From NCBI GenBank assembly GCA_964424065.1, contig CAYRHD010000007.1, forward strand, positions 9,094-73,093: a stretch of 64,000 bases of DNA, in the 5' to 3' direction. The notes beneath the pieces are model-generated. The model saw only the letters and a list, made by a program, of their open reading frames with translations. It was not told the origin of the DNA and did not search any database. Positions 10,322 through 18,557 of this stretch are shown piece after piece; position 1 is the first letter of the stretch; each line of letters starts with the position of its first letter. The stretch is from an uncultured Alphaproteobacteria bacterium (GTDB lineage: Bacteria > Pseudomonadota > Alphaproteobacteria > UBA9655). A program made the position numbers and the translations under genes.

Positions 10322-12157
10322 ATGACTGAAATTTGCGCACGCTCCATTTTACAAAAACGTTGGGTTCTTAGGTCTTTTGACGAAAACCACGTTCTCACCT
10401 TAACCCAAAAGTTGGGATTATCGTCAACTCTTGCACGCCTTTTGGTCATGCGAGGTCATGATCTTGAAACCATTCCACTTTTTTTAGAGCCCTCTCTTCG
10501 TCAGCATCTTCCTGATCCGTCTCTTCTGAAAGATATGGATAAAGCCATTAAAAGATTGGCTCAAGCTATTGAAGCAAAGGAAAAAATTCTAATATGGGGT
10601 GATTATGATGTGGATGGGGCTACATCTAGTGCTCTTTTAAACCGCTTTTTTCAAGCCATTAATGTTCCAACGGCTGTCTATATTCCAGACCGTGTGAAAG
10701 AAGGGTATGGACCCAATCTCCCGGGTATCCAAAAATTTATTGACCAAGGCTATACGGTAATGGTGGCCCTTGATTGTGGCACCACTTCTTTTGAACCTCT
10801 TGAGGCTGCTCAAAGCATGGATGTGGTTGTCCTGGATCATCATGCTCCCGAAGCAAAGCTGCCCAAAGCCTATGCCCTCGTAAATCCAAATCGGTTGGAT
10901 GAAAATCCCGATGTAACCCAAACACTTGGCCATCTGGCTGCAGTTGGCATAACTTTTTTATGTGTGGTTGGTCTCAACCGTGCCCTCCGAAAGAAAGAGT
11001 TTTATCAGAATCAGCAAGAACCGGATCTCAGGGATCTTCTGGATTTAGTGGCCTTGGGGACGGTTTGCGATGTTATGCCCTTAACGGGTCTCAATCGAAC
11101 GTTTGTGGCACAAGGCCTTAAGATTATGGGGCAACGAAAAAATATAGGCTTACGGGCCCTTTGTGATGTGGGCGGATTGGATGAAGCGCCCAGTCCGTAT
11201 CACCTGGGTTTTGTTTTGGGTCCCCGTATCAACGCGGGCGGTCGCGTGGGTGAGTCTTCCCTTGGAACTCATCTGCTTGCTTCCCACAATCCTGATGAAG
11301 TATCAACTATTGCCAGGAAACTTGACCAATATAACCAAGAAAGACGAGACCTCGAAGCTTTGGTGCTCGAGCAGGCTGTATTACAAGTTGAACCGGAGAA
11401 TCCCATAACGGTTGTTCATCGAGATGGATGGCACGAAGGTGTCATTGGGATTGTAGCAGGACGTCTCAAAGACAAATACCATAAGCCAACAGCTGTTATT
11501 GCATGGAATGAAGAGGGAGTCGGGAAAGCTTCCGCTCGTTCCATCCCTGGATTTGACTTTGGTCGATTCATTCATAAAGCCCATCATCTAGGACATGTCC
11601 TTGGGGGAGGGGGCCATGCCATGGCGGCTGGATTTTCAATTACGAAAGAACAGCTCCCTGGATTTTTAAGCTATTTTAGAGAAGAACTGACCAAAATTGA
11701 AAAAGAAGTGGACTTAAGTCCACTCATTCAGTGTGATGGTTACTTAGACCTCAATTCTTTAACTCACGCTCTTTTAGAGGAAATTGAAGGACTTGCTCCA
11801 TTTGGAATGGGAAACCCTTATCCACGCTTTATTTTCTCTGACCTAGTGGTTGAATCCTACCAACTGATCCAAGATCAACATATCCGCTGCCGTTTTGCTC
11901 AAGCCGATGGAAAAACCATTGAGGCTATTGGTTTTCGTTTGAAAGAAACACCTCTTGGAACCCTGCTCATGGATGGATCTCGTCGTCCTATTGATCTTTT
12001 AGCAACGCCCAAAATTGATACTTGGCGAGGAAAATCTAAAATCACATTGACCATTGAGGATGCGAGAACCTCTAGTGCTTCTCAGTTCCCTGTTAGTCAT
12101 CCCCGCGGAAGCGCACTGCTGTCCGGAAAAAATTTATCCTTGAAAGAGGGAGTGTAA
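10322..12157 (+). CDS. recJ: single-stranded-DNA-specific exonuclease RecJ
   Basis: 611 aa with the DHH-family motifs GDYDVDGATS, ALDCG and VLDHHAP, plus the DHHA1 motif GGGGHAMAAG. Confidence 0.93.
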   Translation: MTEICARSILQKRWVLRSFDENHVLTLTQKLGLSSTLARLLVMRGHDLETIPLFLEPSLRQHLPDPSLLKDMDKAIKRLAQAIEAKEKILIWGDYDVDGATSSALLNRFFQAINVPTAVYIPDRVKEGYGPNLPGIQKFIDQGYTVMVALDCGTTSFEPLEAAQSMDVVVLDHHAPEAKLPKAYALVNPNRLDENPDVTQTLGHLAAVGITFLCVVGLNRALRKKEFYQNQQEPDLRDLLDLVALGTVCDVMPLTGLNRTFVAQGLKIMGQRKNIGLRALCDVGGLDEAPSPYHLGFVLGPRINAGGRVGESSLGTHLLASHNPDEVSTIARKLDQYNQERRDLEALVLEQAVLQVEPENPITVVHRDGWHEGVIGIVAGRLKDKYHKPTAVIAWNEEGVGKASARSIPGFDFGRFIHKAHHLGHVLGGGGHAMAAGFSITKEQLPGFLSYFREELTKIEKEVDLSPLIQCDGYLDLNSLTHALLEEIEGLAPFGMGNPYPRFIFSDLVVESYQLIQDQHIRCRFAQADGKTIEAIGFRLKETPLGTLLMDGSRRPIDLLATPKIDTWRGKSKITLTIEDARTSSASQFPVSHPRGSALLSGKNLSLKEGV

Positions 12158-12172
12158 AGCTGCCAAACTTAT

Positions 12173-12195
12173 ACCTCTCCCACAAGGGGAGAGGT
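12173..12195 (+). terminator. hairpin downstream of recJ (weak terminator candidate)
   Basis: ACCTCTCC-CACAAG-GGGAGAGGT forms a stem of about 8-9 bp. A TTTT run follows only after 5 nt. Confidence 0.35.
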
Positions 12196-12234
12196 GAAGG
12201 TTTTACAGTCTTTTCTGTGGGTAAGCTATAAGAA

Positions 12235-12327
12235 AAAATCTAAGTCTCTTGTCTTTTTTATACCCCTAAGCCATTAGCTTTACTTGCCTTCCGTCTGTTT
12301 GCCAAGCTTATTCCCGGACACTACTGC
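12235..12327 (+). repeat. dispersed ~93-bp intergenic repeat, copy A
   Basis: By eye it aligns at roughly 85% identity to the reverse complement of 29844..29938 (AAAATCTAAGTCTCTTG...TTAGCTTTACTTGCCTTC.GTCT.TTTGCCAA...ACTACTGC). Confidence 0.8.
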
Positions 12328-12386
12328 ATGGAAGCGGAGATCCAGAGAGACAGCTCTTATCACAGATCCATTTATGAAGGGAAGAT

Positions 12387-12411
12387 GGATTCCCGCATTC
12401 GTGGGAGTGAC
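12387..12411. repeat. REP-like palindromic element (GGATTCCCGC-ATTC-GTGGGAGTGAC)
   Basis: It belongs to a family with copies at 23626, 29827 and 31975/32016. Spurious ORF 12284..12481 translates it as WIPAFVGVT. Confidence 0.7.
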
Positions 12412-12461
12412 ACTCAGTGAGGTAAGAAATAGATTTGACAGATCTATGGGTTTTGACTTTT

Positions 12462-13019
12462 CTATGAAGCTTTTGATTTGACCAGGCCTTCTTCCGTCAA
12501 AATCATATCGAGGACAAAATCATGGGGTTGATGAGGAATGCGATCCACTTCCTGGCCCTTAAACCCAACGCCAATTGTTATGGCTTTGTGGTGATGGAGA
12601 TACTGATCAAAATGGCCTTGGCCATAGCCCAAACGGTGGCCGGTGTGATCAAATGCAAGAAAAGGGACCAAAAGAACGTCAGGAATTACAAGAGGTGCGG
12701 TTGGATTCGGCTCAAAGGTATGAAAGTTCTTTTGATGAAGTGCCGTTGAAGGGGACCATTGTCGATAGGTCATGATCTCTTCTTCTAAACAGGGCAATGC
12801 ACATACAAAACCTTTGTCGTGGAGTTGATCTAAAAGAGGGCGAATATCAAGTTCTGAGCCAATGGGCCAATACCCTCCGATACACATTTCAGGAGGAAAA
12901 TCGAAATGCTTAAAAAAGAGTACAGCAAGTTGCTCTCCCGCATTTGGAATTTCTTGAGAGAGACGTTCTCTTTTTTCTTTCATTTCTTGACGGAGAATCT
13001 GTTTTTGAAAAGCGGGCAT
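12462..13019 (-). CDS. 5-formyltetrahydrofolate cyclo-ligase
   Basis: 185 aa with the C-terminal signature LVPFLAFDHTGHRLGYGQGHFDQYL, typical of the 5-FCL (YgfA) family. Confidence 0.85.
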   Translation of the reverse strand: MPAFQKQILRQEMKEKRERLSQEIPNAGEQLAVLFFKHFDFPPEMCIGGYWPIGSELDIRPLLDQLHDKGFVCALPCLEEEIMTYRQWSPSTALHQKNFHTFEPNPTAPLVIPDVLLVPFLAFDHTGHRLGYGQGHFDQYLHHHKAITIGVGFKGQEVDRIPHQPHDFVLDMILTEEGLVKSKAS

Positions 13020-13030
13020 TCGGTTTCTTT

Positions 13031-13210
13031 CTGATGAAATGTGAGGGCGCCGCGCTGACCGTCAACGATGTTTATCCTCGCGTGGCCTGCAAAAGCAGGT
13101 GGGTGCCGTATGCCAAAATCCACGGATTCAGGCAGGAACAGCCCCCTAAAGGATCTTATCGGCCCCAGGGAAATTCTCGTTTAACGCGTCCCACAGACAA
13201 CCCTCAGTGT
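13031..13210 (-). ncRNA. ssrS: candidate 6S RNA
   Basis: A ~180-nt GC-rich non-coding stretch lies immediately upstream of, and co-oriented with, the 5-FCL gene, matching the conserved ssrS-ygfA synteny. The ends can pair (UGAGGG/CCCUCA and CGCG/CGCG). An internal CCCUGGGGCCGAUAAGA resembles E. coli 6S CCCUGAGCCGAUAUUU. A TTGTAT-N17-TACATA promoter-like sequence lies just upstream. Confidence 0.55.
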
Positions 13211-13245
13211 TATATGTAAGATGGAATGCCTTAAAATACAAGAGT

Positions 13246-14286
13246 TCAGCTTAGCCCCTTACGAAACCCATCCGTTCCTAACAAGGAATCGATAAAATAC
13301 CCTTTGTTTGTGCATACCCACTCAAACCTTGGGTAAGTCTCTTTAAGAAATCTCACCAATTCAAAGCCCAACTGAAGAGCTTCTAACTCTTGGTGATTTG
13401 TCACGTATAAGCGCGCGCCTTGGCAAAATTTCCCTATCAGTTTTCCTGATTGAGGAATAAACTCAAAGGGCTCAGCTTTAATCCCTTTGAAAGAATTCAA
13501 AAAGTCTATCAGCTCATCAGCTTTTAAATCTGGTGCGCCAAGGGAGGTAAAAGGAAAAGAAGTTCCTCTACCTTCAGAAATATTTGTCCCTTCTAAAAGA
13601 ACTAGGGTCGGGTAAAGAAGAACCGCATCCCACGAGGGTAAATTGGGGGAAGGAGGTGTCCAGAGATCCTGATAAGGTTGAAAGATCCTTTGGTGAGAAA
13701 TGATCTGTGGACCATAGGTTGATAGAAGCTCGCCCATTGATTTTCCATGTTGAAAGGGCACATCTAAATAAGCAACAAGTGATCGAAACTGGGGATCTAA
13801 AGCGGGACCTTTTATGTCCGATCCCAAAGGGTTGGGCCGGTCACAAACAATCACCTCTTGATCTTTTAAGGTTTCGATGAATTTTGTACATGTGGCCGCA
13901 TAGGTATAACAACGCAGGCCTACATCCTGAAGATCGATGATAAGAACATCAAAATCAAATTCATGAACTCCTTGATTTCCTCCATAAAGACTATAGATGG
14001 GAATGTTTAGACTATCCTCAAAGCTATGAGGTACTTTGATTCCCTCTGCAATAGATCCAGACCAACCATGTTCAGGTGTTAATAAACAAACTAGGGCTTT
14101 TCCGAGTATTTGCTGCAAAGCAACAGCAGAAGGGATGGCTTCATAGGTTAAAGTTCTTTGATTCGATAACATAGCCACTTTCTGTTGAGACAGCTTTGAC
14201 AAAAGCCTTAGATCTCTCAAAAGAAAGTCAATTCCAGAACAAGGAGGATGTGTGCGTGTTTCTAAAATCATCTCTTGATTATACAA
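13246..14286 (-). CDS. DUF1343 family protein (NamZ-like exo-beta-N-acetylmuramidase family)
   Basis: 346 aa with the family-typical DLQDVGLRCYTY motif. Confidence 0.7.
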   Translation of the reverse strand: MYNQEMILETRTHPPCSGIDFLLRDLRLLSKLSQQKVAMLSNQRTLTYEAIPSAVALQQILGKALVCLLTPEHGWSGSIAEGIKVPHSFEDSLNIPIYSLYGGNQGVHEFDFDVLIIDLQDVGLRCYTYAATCTKFIETLKDQEVIVCDRPNPLGSDIKGPALDPQFRSLVAYLDVPFQHGKSMGELLSTYGPQIISHQRIFQPYQDLWTPPSPNLPSWDAVLLYPTLVLLEGTNISEGRGTSFPFTSLGAPDLKADELIDFLNSFKGIKAEPFEFIPQSGKLIGKFCQGARLYVTNHQELEALQLGFELVRFLKETYPRFEWVCTNKGYFIDSLLGTDGFRKGLS

Positions 14287-14307
14287 ACACGCATGGGTTT
14301 TTTGGAA

Positions 14308-15048
14308 CTAATTATTCAGATAGTCAAAAGCGACTTTCCCATAAGGAAGCGTCAGGTCTGTTAAGACGTGGGTTGCAGCCACGATCCTTTTGACGGGTAA
14401 GGTTGCAACTGGCGCCATCGCATGGGGAATGAGTTGTAAAGCGGCAGGCCCACTCCATGCGCCTTTAACGACTAAATCACTAAGGTAATATTCAACCAGC
14501 TCACAGATGCGCGGCGTCCCATCCACGTGGGGAATAATTTTTAAAAGATAGTTAGGTGACATGAGAGCTTGTCTAACTTCGTGTGTGTCTAGCTCATTGT
14601 ATTTATATCCCATGGTTGCCAAAGCAATGGTCGTGCCTTCATAATCCAGTTGACCAATGAGAGTTTCCTTTTCTACCTTCAAACTAGGAACAGCTAGTTT
14701 TTTGGGAAAGCCCCAGATTTCTCGACCCCCCGCAATGGGTGATTCGTCGTTGAGATACATGGCATAGGAGTAACCGCCTTTTTTCCCTTGGAACGTCACA
14801 GGGATCACTTGACCTGATTCCATGTAATCACCAAAGCCTGTTGAATCAGGCATCCGAATGAATTCGAATTTAACGAGAGGCTCTGTGACTTCAAGAGGTT
14901 CTGGAACCACTTGTTTTAAGATATCCATATCAGTTTCATAAGTCACAACAAGAAATTCACGATTTAGAAAGCGATAGGGCCCTCGCGGATAGGAAGGCGA
15001 TGTTAAAGGCATTGAGAAAGCATTCTTTTTGATATCTTCGATTTTCAT
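14308..15048 (-). CDS. adc: acetoacetate decarboxylase family protein
   Basis: 246 aa. The N-terminus ([30 protein letters not shown]) is characteristic of the ADC family. It is adjacent to a 3-hydroxybutyrate dehydrogenase-like SDR. Confidence 0.8.
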   Translation of the reverse strand: MKIEDIKKNAFSMPLTSPSYPRGPYRFLNREFLVVTYETDMDILKQVVPEPLEVTEPLVKFEFIRMPDSTGFGDYMESGQVIPVTFQGKKGGYSYAMYLNDESPIAGGREIWGFPKKLAVPSLKVEKETLIGQLDYEGTTIALATMGYKYNELDTHEVRQALMSPNYLLKIIPHVDGTPRICELVEYYLSDLVVKGAWSGPAALQLIPHAMAPVATLPVKRIVAATHVLTDLTLPYGKVAFDYLNN

Positions 15049-15060
15049 AGTGCTTTCTCC

Positions 15061-15843
15061 CTATTGCATGAACCAACCGTGGCTTACCACGAGAGATTGT
15101 CCGGTTAACGCATTAGTATTAAAGGATGCAAAAAACAAAGCAATATCCGCAACGTCATCGGTGGTTGTGAACTGTCCGTCAACCGTGTCTTTCAACATAA
15201 CCTTTTTAACGACGTCTGCTTCGGAGATTCCCAGATCTTTAGCTTGTTCAGGAATTTGCTTTGCTACAAGCGGTGTCTTCACAAAACCAGGACAAATCAC
15301 ATTGGCCCGCACATTATGTTGGGCCCCTTCTTTGGCCACAACTTCACACAAACCAATTAACCCATGTTTCGCGGTGACATAAGGTGATTTCAAGACGGAG
15401 GCTTCCTTCGAGTGAACAGATCCCATGTATATAATGCTGCCACCTTTTTCGCGTTCATACATATTTCGAATGCACGCACGTGTTGTCAAAAAAGCTCCAT
15501 CTAAATGAACTGACAAGAGTTGCTTCCATTTATCAAAAGGCAGATCTTCAATGGGATAAATATATTGAATGCCAGCATTACTGACGAGAACATCAACGCC
15601 ACCAAAATAAGAGATGACTTTTTGAATTCCTTCTTCAACTTGGTGTTCATCGGTCACATCCATGGAAACAGCCATGGCCTGACCACCAGCATTCTGAATC
15701 TCTTTAGCCGTTGTTTGAGCATCAGAAAGATCCATATCAGCGATGACCACTTTTGCGCCGTGTTTAGAAAATTTTTCTGCGATTCTTTTCCCAATACCAC
15801 TGGCAGCGCCTGTTACAACGGCAACTTTATCCTTGAGTAACAT
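15061..15843 (-). CDS. bdhA: 3-hydroxybutyrate dehydrogenase-like short-chain dehydrogenase
   Basis: 260 aa. It is a classical SDR with [11 protein letters not shown] and YVTAKH (YxxxK). Overall it resembles BdhA. Confidence 0.75.
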   Translation of the reverse strand: MLLKDKVAVVTGAASGIGKRIAEKFSKHGAKVVIADMDLSDAQTTAKEIQNAGGQAMAVSMDVTDEHQVEEGIQKVISYFGGVDVLVSNAGIQYIYPIEDLPFDKWKQLLSVHLDGAFLTTRACIRNMYEREKGGSIIYMGSVHSKEASVLKSPYVTAKHGLIGLCEVVAKEGAQHNVRANVICPGFVKTPLVAKQIPEQAKDLGISEADVVKKVMLKDTVDGQFTTTDDVADIALFFASFNTNALTGQSLVVSHGWFMQ

Positions 15844-15893
15844 CTTCCATCCTCCCGTTTTTTATAGTTAAGATAAGTTTAGGGGCTGTTCAT

Positions 15894-15970
15894 TAATTTT
15901 TTCTTAAGGGGGACAAGATTTTTAATGATCATCAGCGAGTCTCTATTCGTCTCCTCCCCAAGATCGCCTC
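15894..15970. repeat. ~77-bp direct repeat, copy 1 (intergenic)
   Basis: TTAATTTTTTCTTAAGGGGGACAAGATTTTTAATGATCATCAGCGAGTCTCTATTCGTCTCCTCCCCAAGATCGCCTC closely matches 16835..16909. Confidence 0.8.
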
Positions 15971-16023
15971 ATAACTCCTAGATAAACAGACGCTCTACCC
16001 GATAGGGTAGAGCTTTTATCAAG

Positions 16024-16752
16024 TCAATTTTGAATTTTATTTTTAGTTGTAACTCGAGAGTTTTCCGTGAGTTTAGCAAAAGACTCAGCCGCAGTTTTCC
16101 CAGTGATCAGATTAGGAATAATAGAGTCAACAAGATTATTTCCCCATGACACAACCATTTGAGGATTAAAGGAAGGAGAGAAAATAAGGTATGAGTTAGG
16201 GTCGTCGTAAGAAATAGTAGTAAGTGGTACACCCATCTTTGTCAACTGTTGCACTAATGGAGAGGTCGTAGCACCTACTTGTACTGCGACGGCATCATTA
16301 TTTCTGTAGAAGGATAATAACATTGCCCCGGCTGTGTTGGGTGCAATTGATAACTTGCCCGCTACGATTCCGGATGAAACAGTAGACCAAATTGAATTTT
16401 TCGCGTTCGTTAGTTCGACACCCGTGAGCAAGGCGGCTTTAGACCTATCAATAATCTTGAGACTTAACTGATTTGCTTGTTCAGGGTTAAACTCACTTGT
16501 AAATAAGAAAGCATTATTACCATCCCTAGTTGTACCAGCGACCATATCCATGTTCATTGAAGGAATATAAAAACTTTTTGGCAATTCTACTTTATAACTA
16601 ACTTGTCCATTTGAATCTGAAGCCTGAAGTTTCGTGACTCTTATCTGCTCATTTCCTAGATAATATATACTGCTTCCAGCTGTGGCAGCTCTGGTTTCTG
16701 TCATCGTTAAAAGAGTTGCAAGGGCTGTTGCTGTTAGAATTAGGTTGCGCAT
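16024..16752 (-). CDS. hypothetical secreted protein
   Basis: 242-aa ORF with an N-terminal signal peptide (MRNLILTATALATLLTMTETRAATA). No recognisable domain. Confidence 0.6.
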   Translation of the reverse strand: MRNLILTATALATLLTMTETRAATAGSSIYYLGNEQIRVTKLQASDSNGQVSYKVELPKSFYIPSMNMDMVAGTTRDGNNAFLFTSEFNPEQANQLSLKIIDRSKAALLTGVELTNAKNSIWSTVSSGIVAGKLSIAPNTAGAMLLSFYRNNDAVAVQVGATTSPLVQQLTKMGVPLTTISYDDPNSYLIFSPSFNPQMVVSWGNNLVDSIIPNLITGKTAAESFAKLTENSRVTTKNKIQN

Positions 16753-16834
16753 GATTTCCTCCGCTTTTCATTTTTTAAATGATCAAAAATGATGATCTTT
16801 AATGAGATAATATGCAAAAATCATTAACCCTAAG

Positions 16835-16909
16835 TTAATTTCTTAAGGGGACAAGATTTTTATCGATCATCAGCGGGTCTCTATTAGTCCCCTCCCCATA
16901 TTCGCCTCC
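16835..16909. repeat. ~75-bp direct repeat, copy 2 (covers the 3' end of the 16884..17222 gene)
   Basis: It matches 15894..15970 and encodes the C-terminal ...RRRIWGGD-stop of the small secreted protein. Confidence 0.8.
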
Positions 16910-17222
16910 TATAAGAGTCTGGCGTCTTTTTCTTTGGAGGGCTGCCTGACCAAACTCCGTCATCAATCGCAGTAGAAAATGTATTCCTAAAATCTTCCCC
17001 ATCAGCACCATTTGAAGTTCTTTTAGGAATTGTTATTGGAGTACTTCCTTCATGGATCGGTTCCTCAACACCACTGTTCTCTTCTTCTACAGTTGATGCA
17101 GTAGGTATACTCTGAGAAGATGAATCTCCATCCATCGGGAAAATCTCTTCATCCATAGCATTCGCCAAGTCAACTAAAAGTATGAAAGCTATGTATAAAA
17201 CAAAAAAACGTGAAATAATCAT
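16884..17222 (-). CDS. small hypothetical secreted protein
   Basis: 112 aa with a signal peptide (MIISRFFVLYIAFILLVDLANA) followed by an acidic, low-complexity mature part. Confidence 0.5.
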   Translation of the reverse strand: MIISRFFVLYIAFILLVDLANAMDEEIFPMDGDSSSQSIPTASTVEEENSGVEEPIHEGSTPITIPKRTSNGADGEDFRNTFSTAIDDGVWSGSPPKKKTPDSYRRRIWGGD

Positions 17223-17289
17223 AGAAATCCCTCTATAATAACAATGCCGTATTTATAATTCTATGAGGATTATGTGTCAACTTGAGATT

Positions 17290-18387
17290 CTATTTTTCAC
17301 AGTTATCTAGCGCAGTTTTGGAGGATTTATTCGGAAGAGAAAGACATTTTGTCGAGGGAGTTTCGAGTCTCCAGCTTTCTAAATCCATAGTTGATTCTTT
17401 CCCCAACAAATGAAAATTATCTTTAATCCACTTATTAGCCGTTGCTCGCCCCATTTCTTTGAGTGATTTAAGGAATGTCCAATCCGTATTATACTTATTC
17501 CTGGTCCCAATATTTTCCATAAACCTATCATCTTGAATACTATGCAGGCGTATGCCCATGTATGGATTAACCGTCTCTGTCGACTGAGAAAATCGCTCCA
17601 TACTGATAATGTTACGAATTTCGCGCATTAGAGAAGAATTAAAGGTAATTTCGTTAATCCGATCTATGATTGTGACTGGGTTATTGGGGACGATCCTGCG
17701 ATTAATTGCATTAATCGGGATAACGACCAAATCTTTGGATCTGCAATTATAAATCAAGGGCTCTAAAATAGGGTTCCCCGTATATCCTCCATCCCAATAG
17801 TAATTTCCTTTATATTCAACCGGCTGAAAGAGGGTAGGTAAGCAGGCCGACGCCAAGAGTGCTTCTTCACACAACTCTTCTCGTTCAAAGATCTTTATTT
17901 TGTTGGTTTGCACGTTCGTTGCATTGACATACACTTTGATTTTTTTTGAGGTGTTGATTGTTTTAAAATCAACTCTTTCTCGAATAATATCGCGAAGGGG
18001 ATTATAATTAAGAGGATTAAATTCAGAAGGTGATACGATTTGTGCAAACAAATCAAACCAACTAACAGCAGGATGCCATCCTAAGTGGAACTGGTCAAAA
18101 AATTTTGTCCATGTATTGATTGGATTAAAAGGTGAACCTTGGGTGGAAATCGTCCGCCAAAACCGTTCAAGATCTTCTCGAGCCTTCTCATGCCCACTTT
18201 TAATCATACCTGTTGCGAGTATGCATCCATTCATGGCTCCTGCACTAGAGCCACTAATGCCTTCAAATTCAATAGAGGTTTCTTCCAACAACCGATCAAG
18301 CACCCCCCATGTAAATGCACCATGAGAACCACCTCCTTGAAGGGCTAAGTTAATCTTTATCTTCTTTTGGCCTTTGAGTTTTGTCAT
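17290..18387 (-). CDS. patatin-like phospholipase
   Basis: 365 aa with the oxyanion motif GGGSHGAF, the serine motif GISGSSAGA and DGGY (the Asp of the dyad). Confidence 0.88.
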   Translation of the reverse strand: MTKLKGQKKIKINLALQGGGSHGAFTWGVLDRLLEETSIEFEGISGSSAGAMNGCILATGMIKSGHEKAREDLERFWRTISTQGSPFNPINTWTKFFDQFHLGWHPAVSWFDLFAQIVSPSEFNPLNYNPLRDIIRERVDFKTINTSKKIKVYVNATNVQTNKIKIFEREELCEEALLASACLPTLFQPVEYKGNYYWDGGYTGNPILEPLIYNCRSKDLVVIPINAINRRIVPNNPVTIIDRINEITFNSSLMREIRNIISMERFSQSTETVNPYMGIRLHSIQDDRFMENIGTRNKYNTDWTFLKSLKEMGRATANKWIKDNFHLLGKESTMDLESWRLETPSTKCLSLPNKSSKTALDNCEK

Positions 18388-18557
18388 GACCGATAGGTTG
18401 TTGTTTAAATTTTAGTTCCTGTAAAACCACAGTCTCATAAACAGGTTAAAAAAGGCCTAAAATTTGACTTGAACAGGAAACTCACCGTCATTCATGGTTG
18501 ACGATAGATTCTGATAAAGGCATGTTCTTCCTAGAATTAACATAGGCAGTCGATCCA

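Noticed and set aside
12284-12481. 65-aa ORF (and the similar 31834..32109 ORF) containing ...WIPAFVGVT... / ...WISAFLGMT...
   Set aside because: These peptides are translations of the REP-like palindromic DNA elements. The ORFs are intergenic, have no RBS, and are not conserved outside the repeat.
12944-13219. 91-aa + strand ORF covering the GC-rich gap upstream of the 5-FCL gene
   Set aside because: It overlaps the 5-FCL start on the opposite strand. The region is better explained as a 6S RNA gene on the minus strand.
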